64,000 nucleotides of DNA, from positions 13,458-77,457 of the forward strand of contig CAJOLC010000027.1 of the NCBI GenBank assembly GCA_905235305.1. Direction: 5' to 3'. The notes below the pieces were generated by a model. That model was not told where the DNA came from. It ran no database searches and saw only the letters and a list, made by a program, of their open reading frames with translations. Origin of the DNA: an uncultured Bacteroidaceae bacterium. Lineage in GTDB: Bacteria; Bacteroidota; Bacteroidia; Bacteroidales; Bacteroidaceae. Made by a program: the position numbers and the translations under genes. Below, one piece after another: positions 57,124-64,000 of the stretch (the first letter of the stretch is position 1; every line of letters starts with the position of its first letter).

Positions 57124-58808
57124 AGAGACGGCGACTATATATCCTATGCGCGTCCCTGTTCTTCTGCCTTTGTGTCATGATGGCTGTAACACCGGACCCT
57201 AAGCCTGCTGGAAAGCGAACAACTTCCGACAGCAAGGTGCATCTGTTGCATGCCGACCGCCTTTACTTCGACGATCGCTTGCATCGCACGGCACAAATCC
57301 TTGTGGGCGATGTGCAGTTCAGTCACGAGGGCGTGCTGATGTATTGTGATAGCGCCCTGTATTACGAAACCACCAACTCCTTTGATGCTTTCGGAAATGT
57401 TCGCATGAATCAGGGTGATACAATTAAGCTGAATAGCGAGGTGCTCTATTACAATGGCCTTGACCGATTGGCAAGGGCACGTTATGATGTCATCTTCAAA
57501 CATGGCACGATGACCATTTATACGGATAGTCTTGATTACGACCGCTTGTATGATTTAGGCTATTTCTTCGAAGGCGGAAAGGTCCTCGACCATGATAATC
57601 AGCTGACGAGTGATTGGGGAGAATACAGTCCTGCCACTCACAAGGCAGTATTCAACTATAATGTCCGTCTTGTCAATCCTGCTCCTCCGCAGAAGGCTGA
57701 GACGGTGCTTATATCAGATACCCTCCATTATAATACCGAGACAGCCATTGCCCATATCGTAGGTCCGTCGAACATCGAGAACGGAGAGAACCATATCTAT
57801 TCCGAGTCAGGTTATTATGACACGCAGACTAAGCACTCGCATCTGTTGGACCGAAGCATCCTTTCCAATAATGGCAAGCGTCTTGTGGGCGACAGTGTGG
57901 TATGGAACGATGATGTTTCCATAGCAGAGGCCTTTGGCAATGTTGTATATACGGATGCGGTCAACAAGAATATGTTCACAGGCGGCTATTGCTATTATGA
58001 AGACGATACGGGCTATATGATGGCAACGGACAGTGCTTTGGTCATAGACTACAGCCAGCAGGACACGATGTATGCTCATGCAGATACGATAAAGGTCTTT
58101 ACATATAATATAGATACAGACTCTACCTATCGCATTGTGCATGCATATTACCATATGCGTGCCTTCCGCCGTGACATACAGGCTGTATGCGATTCGTTGG
58201 TCTATGATGCACGCGACAGTGTCCTGTTCATGTATCGTGACCCGATTATCTGGCAAGCAGGCCAGCAGCAACTGGGCGAGGAGATTCGCATCTTCTTCTG
58301 TGGTGAGAACATTGACAGCATACAGGTGTTGCGTCAAGCCCTTTCAGTGGAGAAGTTAGACAGCATCCATTACAACCAAGTGGCAGGTCATGAGATGCAT
58401 TCCTACTTCAGGGAGGGCGAGTTGTATCTCTCTACTTCCGAAGGCAATGTCTTTGTCAATTACTATCCTTTCGATGAGGACAGTATAATGGTTGAGCTGA
58501 ATTATACAGAGACCTCTTTGCTCAAGATGTATGTAAATGACAGAAGGGTAGACCATATATGGATGCCTGCGGCCACCGGTGTAATGTATCCCATCCCGCT
58601 CATTCCTGCGGATAAGTATTACTTGGAGAACTTTGCCTGGTTCGACTACATACGCCCCCGCGACAGGTTCGACCTCTTCGAGTGGCGTCCTAAGAAAGCG
58701 GGCACGGAGCTAAAGGAGAGCATACGTCATTCGGCTCCAAAGCAGAAGTTAAGTGACATAAAGAAGCAGAAAGGCATAGAGAAAGTAGAGGAAATTAAAG
58801 AAGAATAG
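57120..58808 (+). CDS. OstA-like (LptD N-terminal-like) protein
   Basis: The GTG start overlaps the upstream stop. HLLHADRLYFD...GDVQFSHEGVLMYCDSALYY...AFGNVRM is an OstA beta-jellyroll pattern. Confidence 0.65.
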   Translation: MKRRRLYILCASLFFCLCVMMAVTPDPKPAGKRTTSDSKVHLLHADRLYFDDRLHRTAQILVGDVQFSHEGVLMYCDSALYYETTNSFDAFGNVRMNQGDTIKLNSEVLYYNGLDRLARARYDVIFKHGTMTIYTDSLDYDRLYDLGYFFEGGKVLDHDNQLTSDWGEYSPATHKAVFNYNVRLVNPAPPQKAETVLISDTLHYNTETAIAHIVGPSNIENGENHIYSESGYYDTQTKHSHLLDRSILSNNGKRLVGDSVVWNDDVSIAEAFGNVVYTDAVNKNMFTGGYCYYEDDTGYMMATDSALVIDYSQQDTMYAHADTIKVFTYNIDTDSTYRIVHAYYHMRAFRRDIQAVCDSLVYDARDSVLFMYRDPIIWQAGQQQLGEEIRIFFCGENIDSIQVLRQALSVEKLDSIHYNQVAGHEMHSYFREGELYLSTSEGNVFVNYYPFDEDSIMVELNYTETSLLKMYVNDRRVDHIWMPAATGVMYPIPLIPADKYYLENFAWFDYIRPRDRFDLFEWRPKKAGTELKESIRHSAPKQKLSDIKKQKGIEKVEEIKEE

Positions 58809-58810
58809 AT

Positions 58811-59104
58811 ATGGGAATGTTCAAAACGAGGAAGCCTCGGGGCTATCGCAGGGTAAGCATCTACACAGATGAGTCGCGCGAGCGCCTTCAGAAGCTTGTT
58901 GATGAAGTAAAGCGCGAGCAAGGCGAAGTGCCTGCAGGCGAAGAGCGTTACGATACGGACAAGTTCCGTGGCACATTCATCAACTATACTCCTCGTGCCC
59001 AAAAGCATAGGGAGAGCGGCTCGAGGCTTGGCTGGCCCATCATTATCATCTTGATCTTCGGCTTATTGATTCTGTGGCGTTTCCTGCTTACGGGGATTAG
59101 GTAA
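58811..59104 (+). CDS. 97-aa hypothetical protein with a C-terminal TM helix
   Basis: ORF packed tightly in the operon. The TM segment is LGWPIIIILIFGLLILWRFLL. Confidence 0.5.
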   Translation: MGMFKTRKPRGYRRVSIYTDESRERLQKLVDEVKREQGEVPAGEERYDTDKFRGTFINYTPRAQKHRESGSRLGWPIIIILIFGLLILWRFLLTGIR

Positions 59105-59158
59105 GCCCTCCCTTCCGGCGATTCTGAATACTGTGAATGCTTTGACAGACATTACTAC

Positions 59159-61009
59159 ATGGACATCATACACCTTCTTCCCGATTCCGTTGCCAACCAG
59201 ATAGCAGCTGGTGAAGTCGTGCAGCGTCCGGCATCCGTCATCAAGGAGTTGATGGAGAACGCCATCGATGCAGGTGCATCTACGATAGATGTGCTTGTGC
59301 AGGATGCAGGTCGTACGTCCATACAGGTGATAGATGATGGGAAAGGCATGACCGAGACGGATGCCCGAATGGCATTCGAGCGCCATGCGACCTCCAAGAT
59401 AGCGAAGGCCGAGGACCTCTTTACGCTTCAGACGATGGGCTTCCGAGGCGAGGCATTGCCCTCCATTGCTGCCGTGGCGCAAGTCAAGCTAACGACCCGA
59501 ACGGCAGAACAGGAGTTGGGCGTGCAGTTGTGTATCGAAGGTTCGCGAGTCGTATTGCAGGAGGTATGCTCATGTCCAGTTGGAGCCAACTTCGAGGTTA
59601 GCAATCTCTTCTTCAATGTGCCGGCACGAAGGAAGTTTCTCAAGTCGAACCAGACAGAGCTGAACAATATCATACAGGACTTCGAGCGTATTGCCTTGGT
59701 CAATCCTTCCGTGGCCTTCACCCTATCGAGCAACGGGAATCAGTTGATGCAGTTGCCTGCGGGCAGCAGCCTGCAGCGCATCGTCGGCATCTTTGGCAAG
59801 AAGCTTGGCGAACAGTTGCTGCCTGTTCAGGTAGAGACATCGCTGGTGAAGATAAGCGGCTTTGTGGGGAAGCCCGAGGCGGCGCGTAAGAAGAACTCCT
59901 CGCAATTCCTTTTCGTCAACGGGCGCTTCATGCGTCATCCCCGGTTCCATTATGCTGTGATGGAAGCCTTCAGCCATCTCGTTCCCGAAGGCGACCAGGT
60001 TCCTTACTTCATCTTCTTCAAGGTCGACCCTGCTAACATAGATGTCAACATCCATCCCACCAAGACGGAGATAAAGTTCGAGAGCGAGCAGGAGATATGG
60101 AGCATCATTGTGGCAGCCGTCAGAGATGCCTTGGGGAAGTTCAATGCCGTGCCGACCATCGACTTCGATGTGGAAGGCCGTCCCGACATTCCTGCTTATG
60201 ATGCCAGGGGCTTGGGCGATGTCAAGGTGCCTCGGGTGCAAGTGAATCCCGGCTATAACCCCTTCAGCGGCCGCGGCGAAGGCCGAAAGTCTTCATCGAG
60301 ACAGTGGGAGAAGATGTTCGAGGGAGCAAGGGGCAAGGAGCAAGGAGCAATAGAACACGGTGGGGAGCCGGACATCCCCGGCAATCCTCTTGCTTCTTGC
60401 CCCTTGCCCCCTGCTCCTAATGACGCCCTTTTTCCCGAAGCGGACCGCAGCACGCAGCACTTCCAGTACAAAGGCCAGTATATCCTGACTGCCGTACAGT
60501 CGGGCTTGATGATGGTCGACCAGCGCCGTGCCCACATCCGCATCCTATATGAGCGCTACATGCATCAGATGCAGGAGCACACTGCTCCTACCCAAGGCCT
60601 CCTCTTCCCCGAGTTGCTCGAGCTTTCGCCGTCTGATGCGGCACTGCTCACAGGCATCCTCGACGACATCCGCTCGCTTGGTTTCGACATCACTCCCCTC
60701 GGCGGCAGCAGCTTCTCCATCGTGGGGACGCCGTCCGGACAGAGTAATCCTGTGGCAGTCGTACAGCAGATGGTGGAGTCCGTCAAGCAGCAAGACGGCG
60801 GTCATGCCGATGCCTTGCACCACCGGCTCGCGCTTGTCTTGGCCCGCAGCAATGCCATTGAGGTGGGCGAGGTGCTCAGCCCCGTGCAGATGGAGACCCT
60901 CATCGGCGACCTCTTCCAGTGTGAGATACAGAACCTCTCGCCCAGCGGCAAGACGATACTCACCATCCTTCAGCAGGAACAGATAGACAAGATGTTCGGG
61001 ACTCCATGA
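59159..61009 (+). CDS. mutL: DNA mismatch repair endonuclease MutL
   Basis: MDIIHLLPDSVANQIAAGEVVQRPASVIKELMENAIDAG. Confidence 0.96.
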   Translation: MDIIHLLPDSVANQIAAGEVVQRPASVIKELMENAIDAGASTIDVLVQDAGRTSIQVIDDGKGMTETDARMAFERHATSKIAKAEDLFTLQTMGFRGEALPSIAAVAQVKLTTRTAEQELGVQLCIEGSRVVLQEVCSCPVGANFEVSNLFFNVPARRKFLKSNQTELNNIIQDFERIALVNPSVAFTLSSNGNQLMQLPAGSSLQRIVGIFGKKLGEQLLPVQVETSLVKISGFVGKPEAARKKNSSQFLFVNGRFMRHPRFHYAVMEAFSHLVPEGDQVPYFIFFKVDPANIDVNIHPTKTEIKFESEQEIWSIIVAAVRDALGKFNAVPTIDFDVEGRPDIPAYDARGLGDVKVPRVQVNPGYNPFSGRGEGRKSSSRQWEKMFEGARGKEQGAIEHGGEPDIPGNPLASCPLPPAPNDALFPEADRSTQHFQYKGQYILTAVQSGLMMVDQRRAHIRILYERYMHQMQEHTAPTQGLLFPELLELSPSDAALLTGILDDIRSLGFDITPLGGSSFSIVGTPSGQSNPVAVVQQMVESVKQQDGGHADALHHRLALVLARSNAIEVGEVLSPVQMETLIGDLFQCEIQNLSPSGKTILTILQQEQIDKMFGTP

Positions 61010-62143
<1,134 letters not shown>

Positions 62144-62170
62144 CCCCCGAATCGGGCTGCATCCATAGCC

Positions 62171-62203
62171 GCAGGCAGGAGGGACGACAAGCCCTCCTGC
62201 CTG
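62171..62203 (+). terminator. hairpin 3' of trpS
   Basis: GCAGGCAGGAGGG (62171-83) pairs with CCCTCCTGCCTG (62192-203). The U tract is weak. Confidence 0.55.
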
Positions 62204-62330
62204 TGTCTTATGCGCACATGTGCGTACATTTATATATATATAACCATTGCAGTCCGTTCGGACGCCAATAATAATGTAAGCGAAATGCGCCGAAAGCTGT
62301 CAAAGTGTCAGAAATTGCACACATCGAAAA

Positions 62331-62710
62331 GTGCCGAAAAAGAGCGCTCATTACGTTGATTTTGTCGACGCAGTATAGTGCGTTGACCGATGCAATATAA
62401 TGCATGGGCTAACGCATTATATTGCATCGTAAATTCCCCCGTGATGAATGAGTGGAAACTTTACGTCGAAAAGTGTGCAATATTAGGCCGAAACGGCCGT
62501 TTTTGCCATGTGCAGTTGTCAAAATGACAAGTTGCGATAAAAAGTCCGACGCCCTGAGATGTTTTCAACAGCCTGTGGCAGAGGTCGTTGCAAAATTAGC
62601 CTCGATTTAAGGCATTATTTTTGCTCGGGGGTCAAAAAGTAGGGTAGGAGGCAAGAAAAGCGATTCTGACGCGTCTCGGAAAAAGTCGCGTGTAAGCAAA
62701 AAGGCTGAAA
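62331..62710 (+). repeat. dispersed non-coding element, copy C, with a perfect 15-bp hairpin at 62389..62428
   Basis: GATGCAATATAATGC-N10-GCATTATATTGCATC. The flanks are colinear with 52265..52620. Confidence 0.7.
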
Positions 62711-62914
62711 AGCTTACATTTTGATAAAGCGGCAGAGGGTAAGGAACAAGAGAAAAGTCGCGGGTTCTGTTTATTAAAGCAAGTCTGGCGAAATAGGCAT
62801 CAGACGATTCATTTCGTCGAACTCATGTCAATAATTAAAGGGCTTTAATGAAGAAAATGCACCGACTTGCATATCTTTTAACAGAGAATCGTTTGTTTGT
62901 GTGATTATTTTTGC

Positions 62915-62922
62915 TATATTTG
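62915..62922 (+). promoter_or_regulatory. -7 box TATATTTG upstream of the oxidoreductase gene
   Basis: Matches TAnnTTTG, 42 nt before ATG 62964. Confidence 0.45.
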
Positions 62923-62963
62923 TGCGCAGAAACTATTTAATTCACAACAAAGAAACGAATCCT

Positions 62964-64000
62964 ATGTCAACAAGAAGAGATTTCCTAAAAGGAATGGGAA
63001 TGGCAACGGCCGGCTTGGCTGTGGCTCCCGGGTCGATGTTGGCTGCCAAGAAGAAAACTGTGCAGCCCGCTTCGAACCCTAAGAATGAGAAGGTCAGGAT
63101 TGCCTACATCGGCATTGGCAATCGCGGTCAGCAGAACATCGACGAGTTTGCCAAGACAAACATGGTGGACGTCGTGGCTCTTTGCGACGTAGACCTCAAG
63201 GGCAAGCAGTGCGAAAGAGCACTGCAGATGTACCCCGACGCCAAGCGATACACCGACTTCCGCAAGCTCTTCGACGAGTATAGCGACCACTTCGACGCCG
63301 TAGCCGTCAGCGTGCCCGACCATACGCACTTCTTCGTCTGCATGGCTGCCATGAAGCACGGAAAGCACGTCTATTGCGAAAAGCCCCTCATCCGTACCTT
63401 CCAGGAGGGTGAAATCCTCATCGAGATGGCCAACCGCCATCCCGAACTCGCCACACAGGTGGGCAACCAGGGGCACTCAGAGGCCAACTACTTTCAGTTC
63501 AAGGCTTGGCAAGATGCCGGCATCATCAAGGACGTAACGAAGGTTGTGGCGCACATGAACAACGACCGGCGTTGGCACAAGTACGACTGGAATATGACCA
63601 AGATGCCCGAGGGCGATCCCATCCCCGAAGGCATGGACTACGACACGTGGCACGGTGGTGTGCGCTACCATAACTACAGCAAGCTCTTTCATCAGGGTGA
63701 CTGGCGCAGCTGGTACGACTTTGGCATGGGAGCCCTTGGCGACTGGGGAGCCCACCTCCTCGATACGGTTCACGAGTTCCTCAACCTCGGCTTGCCTTAC
63801 GAAATCAACATGAAGTACGCGAAGAACCATAACGAGTTCTTCTATCCCTTCAGTAGCACCATCGAGTTCCGCTTCGGCGCGCGTGGAAACATGCCTCCTT
63901 GCGACGTCATCTGGTACGATGGCGTCGACAACCAGCCGCCATTGCCCGAGGGATACGGCGAGAGCAAGCTGGCCGACGGCATCCCTGCAAGCGGCCAGGG
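62964..64000 (+). CDS. TAT-signal Gfo/Idh/MocA family oxidoreductase (5' part; runs off the right edge)
   Basis: Absent from the ORF track because it has no stop in the window. My own translation is MSTRRDFLKGMGMATAGLAV...VRIAYIGIGNRGQQN...HVYCEKPL..., open to 64000. Confidence 0.8.
   Translation, partial: MSTRRDFLKGMGMATAGLAVAPGSMLAAKKKTVQPASNPKNEKVRIAYIGIGNRGQQNIDEFAKTNMVDVVALCDVDLKGKQCERALQMYPDAKRYTDFRKLFDEYSDHFDAVAVSVPDHTHFFVCMAAMKHGKHVYCEKPLIRTFQEGEILIEMANRHPELATQVGNQGHSEANYFQFKAWQDAGIIKDVTKVVAHMNNDRRWHKYDWNMTKMPEGDPIPEGMDYDTWHGGVRYHNYSKLFHQGDWRSWYDFGMGALGDWGAHLLDTVHEFLNLGLPYEINMKYAKNHNEFFYPFSSTIEFRFGARGNMPPCDVIWYDGVDNQPPLPEGYGESKLADGIPASGQ

Overview
A 64-kb chromosomal window that reads like a Prevotellaceae/Bacteroidales genome. 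The evidence is TAnnTTTG -7 promoter boxes, a fused SecDF, an HU-like/P5-like/'smalltalk' cassette, and several secreted proteins ending in a T9SS-type C-terminal tail. I saw no rRNA, tRNA, CRISPR array, integrase or transposase. Housekeeping genes: birA, pyrH, rnhB, purD, cysE, secDF, hup, guaB, two SurA/PpiC-type PPIases, an OstA-like gene, mutL and trpS. Carbohydrate and redox genes: GH2 (partial), GH92, three glycosyltransferases, a TAT-exported aldo/keto reductase next to a NapH-like polyferredoxin, and a TAT Gfo/Idh/MocA oxidoreductase (partial). Three accessory blocks stand out. (1) 3.2-14.3 kb holds three adjacent secreted proteins built from six copies of one GLUG-type module, plus an active and a catalytically dead EEP nuclease/phosphatase domain. 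(2) 35.8-36.8 kb holds the HU-like/P5-like/36-aa peptide cassette. (3) 36.9-45.0 kb is a lower-GC run: a 1471-aa coiled-coil lipoprotein, an OmpA-family protein, a T9SS-tail protein and a beta-barrel protein. Three genes, including essential secDF, are broken by single-base differences at mononucleotide positions, so consensus indels are the most likely cause. The non-coding DNA is unusually structured. It contains 22-nt palindromic unit arrays at two loci, a dispersed ~0.4-kb non-coding element with a GCAATATAATG hairpin in three long gaps, several unrelated tandem arrays with a ~21-23 bp period, and long alternating purine-pyrimidine/(TA)n tracts. All protein calls rest on motif recognition by eye; no searches were run.
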